Shown here: positions 34,280 to 45,836 of the stretch, piece after piece
Layout of the letters: each line of letters opens with the position of its first letter
How positions within the stretch are numbered: position 1 is the first letter of the stretch
Source: Saccharolobus solfataricus P2
GTDB lineage: Archaea > Thermoproteota > Thermoprotei_A > Sulfolobales > Sulfolobaceae
Assembly (NCBI RefSeq): GCF_000007005.1
Contig: NC_002754.1
DNA length: 64,000 bases
Reading direction: 5' to 3' (one strand)
Program-made: the position numbers and the translations under genes
The notes under the pieces: model-generated
What the model saw: only the letters and a program-made list of their open reading frames with translations
Databases searched by the model: none
What the model was told of the DNA's origin: nothing

Positions 34280-34443
34280 GGGAGATTCAGATATCCGTTG
34301 CGAATTCACTTTATTTCAAAGATTACTACGAAATTAACTAAATGAAGATGATTAACTAGCAGAGATACACGATTATCAATATTAACATTTTTACAACCGC
34401 ATTATTTACAAATTACAATTCGCAAAGGAGACTTGAGTTGCTC
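34280..34443 (+). mobile_element. ~164-bp MITE (SM4-sized), diverged
   Basis: Colinear with 28071-28234. Confidence 0.7.
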
Positions 34444-34562
34444 TAATGTTGTCATATACATCGAAATTAGTTCCAGAACAACGTTGCTTTGGAACCATTT
34501 GATATAAGATATATATAAATAGCAGATAGAGTAGAAAGAAACTAATAAGGGGATGAAAGGTA

Positions 34563-37500
34563 ATGTTAGAAGTAGTATATATAGTAGGAGCATTTGGATC
34601 ACCGTTGCTAACTCCGCCTACGTTGGCAGTAGCTGGTTTCCTTATCGCTGTGCTTATGGGTCTAGAATATGGTGTATTATGGGTTCTAACTGGAGAATCT
34701 TTAAATAGAGAACTAATATTAGTTATATCAAATATAGTTTACTCGATAGCGTGGTCTATTACTGCACTACCTTTTACTCCAATATATTATACACTTCAAC
34801 CTTATTTTTCTCAACCTCTCCTCATTTACCTTTATCTAGCACTTTTCATAGGTTCTATATTGCTTGGTGTAATCCCAGCTATAATGTATATAAGAAAATA
34901 TTTACAATTTAATAAAATACAAAAGGAATTTAAACAGTTAGAACTAGATTATAAATCCATAAATCAAGAATATAGTGAAATTAATACGAGACTTAATAAA
35001 GCTAAGGAGGAAATCAATAATGTCATGGATAAGATTAATAAAGCTAAGGAATTACATGAAACCGCACTTAGGGATCCAGACTTAATAGTTACGGCACTTG
35101 ATAAAAAACCTGAGATACCAGAGGTTATAAGACCTAATGTAAATTACGTAGTAGCAGGCTTAGGAGGTACTGGAACAGCGCTATTGGAGGCACTCATAGA
35201 TTATTTAGTTTCAAAAAACGTCATTAAGGAAGACGGGACTAATCCTTTCTTATTCGTGGCTTTTGATACGAACCAAGCAAGTATTGCGAGACTGAGGAAA
35301 AAGTATGAATATACACCAGTTGGAAAACTATTGTATACCTTTAATAACTTTGAGGCACTCACTACAGCTAATATAATAAGCCATAATCCTTGGCTTGCTG
35401 GGTTAAACGTTGATGTAATTCAAGGCTCTGGAATGAAGAGAGCTATAGGTTATGCATCTTATAATACGGTGAAGGAAGCCATGATGGAGGATATCCTCAG
35501 AAGGTTAAGTGATTTAATTGCCAAAACGAGAACTAATCGTATATTTTTAATAGTATTTACCGCTTTAGGAGGAGGTACTGGTTCTGGCTCATTCATTCAT
35601 TTTACGAAGGACTTTATAAGTAGGCTAGGTAGGATAACTGGAGATTCAGAACCTTACGTGAGAGTGTCCGGAATGTAATTATCTGAACGAATAGATAAAC
35701 AGAATGATAAATATTAATATTGCCAGAAGGGTAGGACCTGGATCACCGAGAAAAACTTATAATGGAAAAATATCAAGACGAGAGGATTTACCTATCGCGC
35801 ATAGCGTTGCCTGATCGCGAGGAGGCGCGTCTCAGAGCTGAACGGCTCTACGTCCTGGAGGAGTCCTCCGTTGGATCGCGAGGAACATCTTGATGTTGTA
35901 GATCACTCCCAGGACGTGAAGGAAGACGTCGTTCCTCCAGGTCGTGGTCCCGTAGGGCCTCCAGAACGCGTTCAGGTAGGTGCCGAAGAACTCCACGTGG
36001 GCCCTCAGGGTAGTGAAGGGCTTCTCCCGCGCTATGAGCTGTGTCGGGGAGGGAGAGAATCCCCTGTCCGCGATCTTAATCCCCTTGAGCGGTGACTTGA
36101 ACCTCTTGTCCGAGAAGTTGGCCGGCTTCACCGTGATGGACCTCACGAAGAGGGAGACGGAGATCACGGCTATGGCCTTGAGCCCGTAGTGCGAGACCCC
36201 TCTCTTCTTGGTCCACCTTCCCTCGAACCTCCTCTTGGTTCTCCCCAGGGAGAGCAGCTTCCTGGCCCTCTCCAGGTTACCTTCCCTCCTCTCCAGCTCC
36301 GCCTTCTCCCGAAAGGTCTCCACGCTCCTCTTCCCAGGAGGTAAGTCCAGTAGGAAGGAGTCCACTAGCCACGCCATGAAGTCCACGAGATGCGCGCTCG
36401 CAGGGAGGTAACTGGGTAGGCACTTCTCCTCAAGCTTGAAGGAAATCTCCAACAACTTCTTCCTCACCCCGTACAACCTGCCCACGAAGTCGTGCAGCGT
36501 GCTCTTCCCCACCTTCCTCCCCACGAACCAGGCCACGACCACGTTCACGTTAACCATTTTCACCGCGTCCCTATAGGAGCAAGAGTAGAGCACCATGACG
36601 ATTAACAACTTCAAGTAAACCAGCGCGCCCTCGCCCAGAACCCTCTCCAAATCCATGGCGTCCAGCACGGGCTTGATCTCCGTTAACCATTTTTCCCTCC
36701 ACGGCATATCCTCTATTGGGGGAAGAGGGTAGTACATCAGGTTTGGTATGTGTCTTAATGTTCTTGCCATGGTACTACCCTCTACTCCCATAACTTAAGT
36801 GTTACTCCAATTTAATCCAAGATAATGCTAAAAACCAATTTATTCTTGCCAATAAAAATTCAATTTTTTACATTCCGGACACTCTCACGTGATGGGATTC
36901 GGCGTGCTACCTAGAGGAAATGAAGGTAAATTATTTCACGTTAATGCATTTTCCGCTATAAAGGAAATGCAGTTTATACTTAAAAATGGCGTTAGATCAA
37001 AAGATGAGAAGGCAAGTAGCGGAGCAGAAAATACTATAAATCTCATTAATCCCTTCTTAGCATTTTTCATTATAAGTAGAGATAGACCCGTTAGAGATAT
37101 AGATACTAATATAGCGGTAGGTCTAGCGAGATTTATATCGGATATAGGTACTTCTGGCGTAGTTGAAGCAAATCAGCAAAGTAAATATGCTGAGACTTTC
37201 GATCTCGGAGATATTAAAACTAAAGCTGCAATGTCTCCGGATTCCTTCTTCACCTTCAACAGATATGACATTTATTTCCCTGCTTCAAGAATATCGTGGT
37301 ATAAAAACGTAGGAGTTATTGTAGTTAATGACATTAATTCTAGATATGCTAAATTAAGGGAAGAGTTAAATGAAATTTCGAGACTCTTATCTGGATACAA
37401 GGATAATATCTCGAAGTTTTTAGCGAATTTAGATAACCTTAACAATACCGTTAAATCCATGACTGTAAAGGTGTACAGAAGATGGAGCAATAGAATAGGC

Positions 37501-38907
37501 GAAACACATACTCAACTTCTAAAGTGGAGGGCGGAAGTAGTAGAAGGAGGGAGTATATCACCTAAGAACCTTGAGACTCCATTAAATAGCATGAATAGCT
37601 CTACTGAAGAAAACGTTGAGAGTATAGTAATCTTAAAGAGGAGAATAGATGAGTTCAATGAGATTGTGAAGGAAGAGGAGTCATTTTTAAAGAGTCCTCC
37701 TGCAAGCCAGATAGAGTACGTCTTTCCAGTTAGAGAACTTGAGAATTTTAACGTATCCCAGTTATCCACGGACAAAGCATCACTTTATAGACTAATCGAG
37801 GAGTATAGGAGAAAAGACGAATTCTTAAGAGCTTTAGCAGACTTAAAAGCTCCACTAGGTTCAGTAGGGCAGACAATGGCTAATATCGATTACCAGAAAA
37901 TTAACGTTCCTATACCCATAACTACCGAGGCTAAAGAATTCATTTCTAAGTACAATTCTGGCTTAATAAAGCAGAATGCAGTAGTATCCCCCGATATAGC
38001 TAGCGTATTGATGGTTACTGCATCAATGCAGGATAATATAAACGTTAATGATTTTCCTAATCCAGAAACCCTTAAACAAGCGTTAGAGAGTAAGACTCGC
38101 AATCCAGACGCTAAAATGGGCTATATCAATTCAAAAAGATTTAGTATATCCACATATCACATAATAAATGGTGTTTACATATGGAGAATATCTAAAAATA
38201 CCCCTCCTATTCTAAGGGATTTAACGTACCTCATAGAGGATTATGAGGCTGTTAAGAACGAAAACTTTGGAGAGTTAATTTACCATCATACATTGTTTTA
38301 TAATGATCCTCAGACCTTTGAAGCATTAACGGGAGAACAAATAGCCAATTTATCCCCTAATCAAGCAGCTTGGAGGATAATAGAATTTTGGGCGAACTAT
38401 AATCCAGAAATAGAATATATTAATATTTGGGGAATTATAGAATTAGCCGGCGTATATAGTGATCTTAAAATTATTAATAATAATATTGATAATTTAATGG
38501 AATTACTTGACGGAGCTATAAAGAGTTTACAAAGGGGAGTAACTAACGTAGATGTGGTTAAGGTAAAGAAATATTTAGATGCAATAACCTCGGCAAAAGT
38601 TCCATCTTCAGAAAACGTTAAGGCAATCTACGAGGCTAATAAAATAGCGAATAAAGACGAGGTGAATAGAGGTCTCAAAGAGATAGCCGATTTAAGCCTA
38701 CAAATACTCTCAAAACTGGAAGACATAAAGGTGAGATACGGTCAAAAATGGATAGATGATCTGAATAAGTTAAAGAAGGAATCCACAGATTACGGTATAA
38801 ATAGGATTATACAAACCCTTATAAATCACACTGATACGTTAATTACTAAATCAGAGAGTTTAAGTGAAGATCTCAATAAATTCGTGGAATCCATAACCTT
38901 AGAGTGA
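34563..38907 (+). pseudogene. Membrane-anchored tubulin/FtsZ-like GTPase (~1037 aa), split by an IS
   Basis: GLGGTG, AFDTN, GSGMKRAIG, ALGGGTGSG before the IS. 34563-35659 + 36891-38907 = 3114 nt, in frame (PYVMGFGVLP). Confidence 0.88.
35660..36886 (-). mobile_element. IS5-like element (ISC1234-like ends); transposase 35832-36791
   Basis: 1227 bp, perfect 19-bp TIR GAGAGTGTCCGGAATGTAA, 4-bp TSD ACGT, DDE motifs (LVDS, IADRGF, HVEF); visibly GC-richer than the host gene. Confidence 0.9.
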
Positions 38908-38913
38908 ACTAAA

Positions 38914-41409
38914 TTGTCCTCCTCATTCGATCCTGAGAGATCCCTACTAGATTTTTTCAAATCCAATAACAGCGAGCAAACGTTCTATATTTTGAAGGGA
39001 CTTTATGAAATATATAAAAGTAAAGGTTATACTGAGTTCCTTAAGGATATTACTGGTCTAATTAATTTAGTAGCGAAATATGAGACTATGCTATCCATAA
39101 GTTCTAACACTAAAGGTAATTTAAAGAAAATAAAGGATATGTTGGAGAGGTTAAATATAGACGTGAAAGAACTGGAGAGATTATCAAAAAGTATTGCCTC
39201 TGACCTCATTAATAACATAAACGATGTTTGTATTTCAATTCAAGGTTACTATAATGATAAGAAACTACCCATGGTTTTCAAATATAGCTGCCATGAAATG
39301 TTACCAGATCCTTATAATGCTGACCATAACTACCCCGCTAGGTTAAAGTATTTCTTGACAACAGTTCTTAGAATGAGGAATTCTTACGAATCAACAGTTA
39401 GATTCTCTACAGATTTAATAGATTACTATTCTAAAAAATTGGGATATGATATATCAAATATAAAGGACTTTTCCGAGAAATTAAGATTCGTAACTAACTC
39501 CCTTCTGGATCCTTCTTTCATATCAACCCTTCAAGGAATTACTAAAGTTCTGATGGATTCAACCGAGTATTTATGTGTAATATCTTATTACTTAACACCT
39601 CAAAAAATTAGAGGCAAGAAACCCTCAACAATTATAGAATACGAGCCATTAATAGATAATATTATTAAATACTCATCATACTTCCTAAGATTTATTTTCG
39701 AAAAAACTGACAGATTTCTAAATTTTATTCCATCAGCTGGCCTAAACTTAACTGAATTAAGGAATATAGCCAATCAAATGCTCGAAATACTCTCTAAAAT
39801 TAACCTAAATGTTTTAGAATCTTATCTTACAAATCAAGGAGAGTTGAAACTATCTCAAATTTATACTGGAGACCTACTATTCTTTACCTTCTTTAATTTA
39901 GCTGATGCATTAAATATTTATGATGATTACATATATAAAATCAGAAACGCAGTACTTTCCGTACCTTTAGAAAATAGGATCGCAATAACTAGAAGTATTC
40001 TCGGATTAAAAGATGTTGAGGATATTAATATGAGCTGTAGAGATGTACATAATTTTATTCTAAATATGAATGAAATCTCAAATGAAATTTATTCTGGTGG
40101 AAATATTGCAGAATTAATAGATAGTCTGCGAAAGTACGTTTTCATAAGGGATTCTATAAATTATGCTTTTAAAGATGTAGCACTATTAATGCAGAACGTA
40201 CTATACTCTAAAGAAATCACGTATTTAAGTATGTCCCTTCACGTAGAAAACTACATACATAATACCTCAGCCATAGAATTACTTGATAGAATTAGAATAG
40301 ATTATAATGATTATAACCGATTAATTAATAATTTACATGAGTTTAGGGACTGGATTAACGTACTCAAAAAGCTCGATTTAGATCAAAAGTTGTCTGAATC
40401 TCTAGTCAAGGTAGTGAGCGGGGATCCTCCAACTAATAGTAAAATGAGTTTGGATGAAGTAATAGGAAAGATAATTAAGAGAGAACAAGCTAACGTTGAG
40501 GAAGTTAAAGGAACTGGAATATACGAATTTAGAACAGACAATAGGGTAATAAGAGCCATGCCCGTTATATACGATATGTGGAAGGAAATAGGAGATGACG
40601 GGATAGAATATTCCCATTTAGTAAATTGGTTAAGTAAGAGATTAGATATTGATGATGATAGAAAAGTTAATGAGATAGCAATAAAATACTTAAATGCGTC
40701 ATATTATGCAGGGTTAATAAAACTTGAAGAAAAACCGACAACTAAGCCTCCAGATACTGAACAAACTCGTAAAAGAGAAATCACGATTAACGCAATAGGT
40801 ATCCCTACTGGAGCAAGATGGAAATTCATACTCGCACGGGAAAATAAATATCTTAATTTCGATACAAACGAAAGTTCGATAAGGATTAAAGCGCAAGAAA
40901 AAGATAATCTAACTTTCTATGATGTTACGATAGGCAATGTTATATATGTACCCTATCCTAGGACGTATACCATTAGATCTAGTGATTTATCAAAAGGCGT
41001 GTTAGACGTAAAATATAATGTATCTTCCCCTCAATCAAGTCAAAGGACTGGAAAAACTAATGTGCAAACTAATGTAAAGATTTCCAAACCCAAGGGAACT
41101 GCAACCGCAGGTGTTATATTATCAATAGTATATATTATCGAACTAATAGTAATTGCAAGTGGATTCCAATACTCTAACATTCTATTTGAAGCATTAACAG
41201 TAATGGACATATTCTTTCAGTTAGCAATAATGGGATTACTAGTATCCGCTGTAACTAACCCCTATAACTCCCATAAAAAAGGTTCATATATTATCATAAT
41301 ATCGATAATAATGTTCTTCTTTTCAATCCCCATAATAGAATATGTGATATTCTTCATTATATTTGATATTGCAGTTGGAATTTCATTAGCAAGATTTAAA
41401 CGTAGGTGA
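38914..41409 (+). CDS. Large helical protein with Ig-like segment and ~3 C-terminal TM helices
   Basis: 831 aa; starts 6 bp after the tubulin-like gene; GIPTGARW Ig-like motif; hydrophobic C-terminus. Confidence 0.8.
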   Translation: MSSSFDPERSLLDFFKSNNSEQTFYILKGLYEIYKSKGYTEFLKDITGLINLVAKYETMLSISSNTKGNLKKIKDMLERLNIDVKELERLSKSIASDLINNINDVCISIQGYYNDKKLPMVFKYSCHEMLPDPYNADHNYPARLKYFLTTVLRMRNSYESTVRFSTDLIDYYSKKLGYDISNIKDFSEKLRFVTNSLLDPSFISTLQGITKVLMDSTEYLCVISYYLTPQKIRGKKPSTIIEYEPLIDNIIKYSSYFLRFIFEKTDRFLNFIPSAGLNLTELRNIANQMLEILSKINLNVLESYLTNQGELKLSQIYTGDLLFFTFFNLADALNIYDDYIYKIRNAVLSVPLENRIAITRSILGLKDVEDINMSCRDVHNFILNMNEISNEIYSGGNIAELIDSLRKYVFIRDSINYAFKDVALLMQNVLYSKEITYLSMSLHVENYIHNTSAIELLDRIRIDYNDYNRLINNLHEFRDWINVLKKLDLDQKLSESLVKVVSGDPPTNSKMSLDEVIGKIIKREQANVEEVKGTGIYEFRTDNRVIRAMPVIYDMWKEIGDDGIEYSHLVNWLSKRLDIDDDRKVNEIAIKYLNASYYAGLIKLEEKPTTKPPDTEQTRKREITINAIGIPTGARWKFILARENKYLNFDTNESSIRIKAQEKDNLTFYDVTIGNVIYVPYPRTYTIRSSDLSKGVLDVKYNVSSPQSSQRTGKTNVQTNVKISKPKGTATAGVILSIVYIIELIVIASGFQYSNILFEALTVMDIFFQLAIMGLLVSAVTNPYNSHKKGSYIIIISIIMFFFSIPIIEYVIFFIIFDIAVGISLARFKRR

Positions 41410-42197
41410 TAGGTATGGAAAAGAAAAACTCAATAAATATATCATTATTAGAAAATTTAGCAAATTTTTTCTCCATAGGGGAAATAGAAAAGGGAGAACT
41501 AAGAGCAAATTCAGAAATAATTAATTATCTTTTAGAACAAGGTCTAATAAGACAAATAGAGAGAAATTTTATAGTAGATGAACTGCTCAAATTTATTATA
41601 TTAAAATATAGTAATATAGTAAAATTAAAAATGTCTAAAGACTATTTAGTGAAGACTCAATCAATATATATACTCTTAATGATAGTAGACGAGAATTATC
41701 ATAAAATACCTTTTTACGACTATATTGCGTATAGCGGACTGGTTAAGATAAAAAAGAAGAGAATTGCAAGGAGTGTAATAAGAAATGGTAAAAAGATCAT
41801 CAATAATAATCAAGGCGAAATACATTTAATGAAATATCAAAAAAATAAAATAAAGGCTGAGATTAACCTAGATCAAACGAAGTCTGGAGAGATAATTGAA
41901 TTCGGCTTATATATATGGAATAGGCCATCTAAGCTAAGTTTAATGGGAGATAAGACCTTTAGCCAAAACTATTTCTGGATATACGCTCCTACCTTAGAAT
42001 ACTCCACCAAAATACTTCTCGAAAATAATCTAAATGTAGAATCGATAAACCTAGAAAGGTTCTTATATCTAGATGACAACCATCAAATTAAGGCACCAAT
42101 TAAAAATCAATATATGCTCAGAAAAGAAAAAAATTATATTGAGATAAAAGTGCATTATCCTGATTATGGTATATATAAACTATCGTACAATTTATAA
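41406..42197 (+). CDS. Putative HTH-like regulator, paralog of 30054-30872
   Basis: GEIIEFGLYIW...PT...YPDYGIY; overlaps the upstream stop (GTGA). Confidence 0.7.
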   Translation: MIGMEKKNSINISLLENLANFFSIGEIEKGELRANSEIINYLLEQGLIRQIERNFIVDELLKFIILKYSNIVKLKMSKDYLVKTQSIYILLMIVDENYHKIPFYDYIAYSGLVKIKKKRIARSVIRNGKKIINNNQGEIHLMKYQKNKIKAEINLDQTKSGEIIEFGLYIWNRPSKLSLMGDKTFSQNYFWIYAPTLEYSTKILLENNLNVESINLERFLYLDDNHQIKAPIKNQYMLRKEKNYIEIKVHYPDYGIYKLSYNL

Positions 42198-42219
42198 ATT
42201 GTTAACTAGGTATTTATCT

Positions 42220-42536
42220 TAACGGGGGTTAAGGGGGCGGAAGACCCTTTCCGTGAGGGATGGATAGCCCCCTTATATAAAAGTTTTTTAACTAATCTAA
42301 ATCATATATTTTTTAATGATAGTTACCAATGGAGTGAGCGTCACCGAGACGTCTTGGTTAAAGCGAGGGTCGATGTGGTACGCCTCTGCTCCGGACAGTA
42401 GCCCCAAAGGGGTAACAGTGTCATGGTTAATGAGTTTCGTTCGGGGTCGGAACGACCCTTAGTGTGGAGCTCCGCCCTCTACCGCTGGCAAGGTGGGGGT
42501 ATGAAGCAGGAAGCCTTGTAGGGCAGGGTAGTTCAC
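42220..42536 (+). mobile_element. tnpB-less IS200/IS605 MITE/PATE (~315 bp) with left end and omegaRNA-type right end
   Basis: Left end CGGGGGTTAAGGGGGCGG. Right ~100 bp match the ISC1316 3' end and finish GGGTAGTTCAC. No ORF. Exact left boundary uncertain by a few bp. Confidence 0.85.
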
Positions 42537-42560
42537 TATACGAAAATCGTATCGATTGTT

Positions 42561-42890
42561 TGGGGTGTTCTAATGCATCCATCTTATTCGATAATAAATA
42601 ATAAAATTATATCAGATTAGAAATTTTCACAATTAGTCGTTCCGAATCCAGATGCAGCCAAAGGAATTAGAACGTGAAAACAGCCTCTGAAAAAGGTTTA
42701 TGTGCAAGGATTACGAAATCTTTTTGTAGTAGTACTTGAATGGATCTCGCGAACTCTTGCACATAAGTTTTTCTAAAATAATGTCTTTGTTCAAATTTCT
42801 ATATCTTAAACGTTAAACGAGCGTTTTTCATATTACTCCAATATTTTTACAAATGTTTTTTGAATTTCATGACTGTTTGAGAACACTCCC
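42561..42890 (-). mobile_element. 330-bp MITE, second copy, followed by an extra terminal repeat (to 42948)
   Basis: Diverged reverse complement of 17504-17833. Confidence 0.85.
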
Positions 42891-43213
42891 AACTTGATAT
42901 AATTTTACAAATAATTTTAGAATTTCATGATTGCATGAGAACACTCCCAATTCAAAGAAATCCAATTTTATTTATATCATCAGATACATATAATTAAATT
43001 TTAGACTATATTAAAAACAGAGTAAATTTTCTTATATTTGAAGAAACAATATGATAATCCTAGCTGAATTTATATTTGTAAGACGATTTTGGATCTACTG
43101 AGAAGGGGCGAGGCTTGTCTTTTCTGTGTCAAAAGAGTTTGAAACTGAAGTAGAAAGTCGTATCTTAAGTACTCGAGTTAAGTTTAAAGTCATGCTATAC
43201 ACTTTTTAATACT

Positions 43214-43995
43214 GTGATTTATACTTTACAATTCCAACTGAAAATCTCGAATGACGTAATTGTCCCCCTTTCACATCTAAACTCAGTAGGACCTTGTTCC
43301 TCTCCTTCTCCCCAACTTACTCAAAGATCACTGAAAGCAAGGAACCACACAAACCCTTAAGAATAACCGTAATAAAAGATCACGGCAAACCCTTATATTC
43401 CACGGGTAAAAATAAAATAGTGCTAAAGACTGAAAACACATACACATTTACCGTAAATACCCTATTAGAGGATGTGGTAAAGGAAGTGGTAAAGACCGAG
43501 AGTGTCAATAAGGAAATTTACAATACGAAATTTCACGTTGAGCTGGAAAACATTATAGTCAAAGAGGAGTTTAAGATTAATGATGCCAGATTCTACAAAA
43601 TTCACTTTAAGACCCCAACACTCCTACAACCCCCGAGACCTAGTATCAAAAGAAAAGGCAATAGATACGTCTTGTTCCCTTACGTTCCACTCCTCTTTTA
43701 CTCCATAGCCTCCCATTGGAATAGATACATGAATAACAAGATAGTTGGAGTAACTGGTAGCAAAACCCTATATTATTTTAGAGAAGTAAATTACAAGATA
43801 AGGCCTCTAACCGCATATTATGGGAACATACCTAATAAGGGATTTGTGGGATGGGTTTTATTTGAGTTAAAAGCTAGGAAGGGAAGCAATTTAAGGGAAA
43901 ACATCAGAAGGCTCTTAGATTACGCAAATTACTTCGGTATAGGAAAAAGCAGAAATATAGGTTTTGGAGAAGTAGATGTAAGACCTTTGGAATAA
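43214..43995 (+). pseudogene. cas6: Cas6 endoribonuclease with a -1 frameshift in a C5 run near 43264-43268
   Basis: G-rich loop [14 protein letters not shown]-terminus (GTG 43214) [18 protein letters not shown] joins PFTSKLSRT only if one C is added. Confidence 0.85.
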
Positions 43996-44114
43996 TATTA
44001 AAGATATCTTATTTGATTTCTTAAAGATCTATCATGCTGAATTATTACAGAATAGGTAACTTAATTTGATTAAATTAATGCATATACGTTTATCATTAGT
44101 TTTCCTCCAATTTT

Positions 44115-44268
44115 GGGTGATTCAAGGATCCTTGCGATTTCAATTTGTTTCTCTAAAAACAGATAAGAATAATTGATTCGACATTTTCGATAATACTAAT
44201 AAGAGACGAGGGAATGTTCTCATGCAGTCATCTTATTCGAGAAGTGTTAGTGAAAATATATCTGATTA
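44115..44268. mobile_element. Fragments of an SM4-sized MITE end and an ISC1173-type end
   Basis: GGGTGATTCAAGGATCC... followed by GGGAATGTTCTCATGCAGTCATCTTATTC. Confidence 0.6.
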
Positions 44269-44314
44269 GAGGTTTTTATAACTAGCTGGAATTTCCAGAC
44301 CTCCTAACTCCGAG

Positions 44315-45461
44315 TAGCACTTTACGGTTTTCTCCTCCTCTTGAACAGTTTTTTGATCCCACCCGCCTCACGGTAAATACTTTTTATCAATCTGGCCAAC
44401 CTTTTGGCCCCGAGTCTCAGACCCGTGGAGTACTTGAAGTATTGGACAACGAGGAGGGAAAGAGCCTTCAAGGCCACGAAGCCTGAGTTCCTAACCCAGG
44501 TCAAGAAGGACCCACCCTCGAGTCCCAAGGCCTTGAGCTCCCTAATCAAGACCTCGATGTCCCAACGGTTCTCCCAGGTCGTTATAATATCTTCAGCCGT
44601 GTCGTTAAGGTCGGTGGAGAAGAAATACCTCCTCCCGTAACCCTTATAGTCATCTATAACAAGTAACTTTATGGGAGTACCCAAGTACTCTACCAGGTAC
44701 TCCCCTTGGGGGAACTCGCCAACGGGCACGGATCTGCCACCCTCGACAACTCGCGCACTGGACTTGAGTTCCCCCATAGTATTCCCTTGGAGAGTCCTCG
44801 AGTTCACGTACCACGAGTCGAAGACCTTGGATTTCACATTCAAACCTGAGAGGGAGGACAGAAACTCCAAGAGGGCATCTATCTTGGTCTTGAACTTCAC
44901 CTCCTCACCCCTACGCTTGAGCTCCTCTTCCACCTTTCGGGGTATGTAGGCAATTATGTGGATCACGTAGATCTGGTTGTTCACCAGATCCTTGACGCCA
45001 ATCACAAGGAGCTGGATCGCGGACTCGAACCTCTTGTGCGCCCTACAGTAGAAGATCTGTGCTCCGTTTCTGGAGACCGGCATGGCCCTAGCGTAGAGCT
45101 TGTGGTCGTGGGTGTCGTCTATTATGAGAAGGACAGGATGATCCCCGACTAACTTCTTCACGATCTCGATTAGTTTGGCTTGAGCTGCCTTGTCCAAGTT
45201 ATTCAGTACGGTCTCGTAGTCCATCTCGGCCTCTTGAGCTATCTCGGTAGCATTTCTTCCCACAACCGCCCCCAAGAGTAGCCTCTTGGCAACGTCCTTC
45301 CTCGTTCCAGTCATGGATAGTATGACCTCGTTAACTGCCTTTTCCAATGCCTTGTAGTATTCCTCTCTCGTCAATTCTTCGGTCATACCAAAATTAAAGG
45401 CTCTAATTTTAAAAAGTTTTTATGGGCCTCTTGAACTGCCAGGATTTTCCGATAAATGCTA
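44315..45461 (-). mobile_element. ISC1217-like element; 354-aa transposase 44322-45386
   Basis: 1147 bp, imperfect 13-bp TIR TAGCA(C/T)TT..CGG, 6-bp TSD TCCGAG, IIDDT / FDSWY / RWDIE. Confidence 0.92.
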
Positions 45462-45836
45462 TCCGAGTATTGCCAGAACGTTAGGAATGACTAAAAGCCT
45501 CGAAATGTCTTCTACTTCTCTCTTAATATAAACTCATTGACAACTTTTGCTTCTACCAATTCCTTCTGGTCTGCACTATTCTTTTAGCTTCTTCAACATT
45601 CACATGCGGAGTAGACTCCACAAATATATTTTAAACTTTGTGGAATACACTCCACTAATCCGATGAGTTTGTACCTACCTCGCAAGTTGTCCGAATTGAG
45701 TAAAAACCCAAATAGTAAAGTTTATGGGAACCCAGAGACAAGGTTAATTGAAACCTTTTTTAACGATGATTCTGACAAAAGGTGAAACAAAGCTGATATT
45801 AAATAAAGATTTAAGGTCAGACAAAGAGGTCATATT

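Noticed and set aside
34043-34602. Short ORFs upstream of the tubulin-like gene
   Set aside because: They overlap a MITE and each other on opposite strands; no coding signature.
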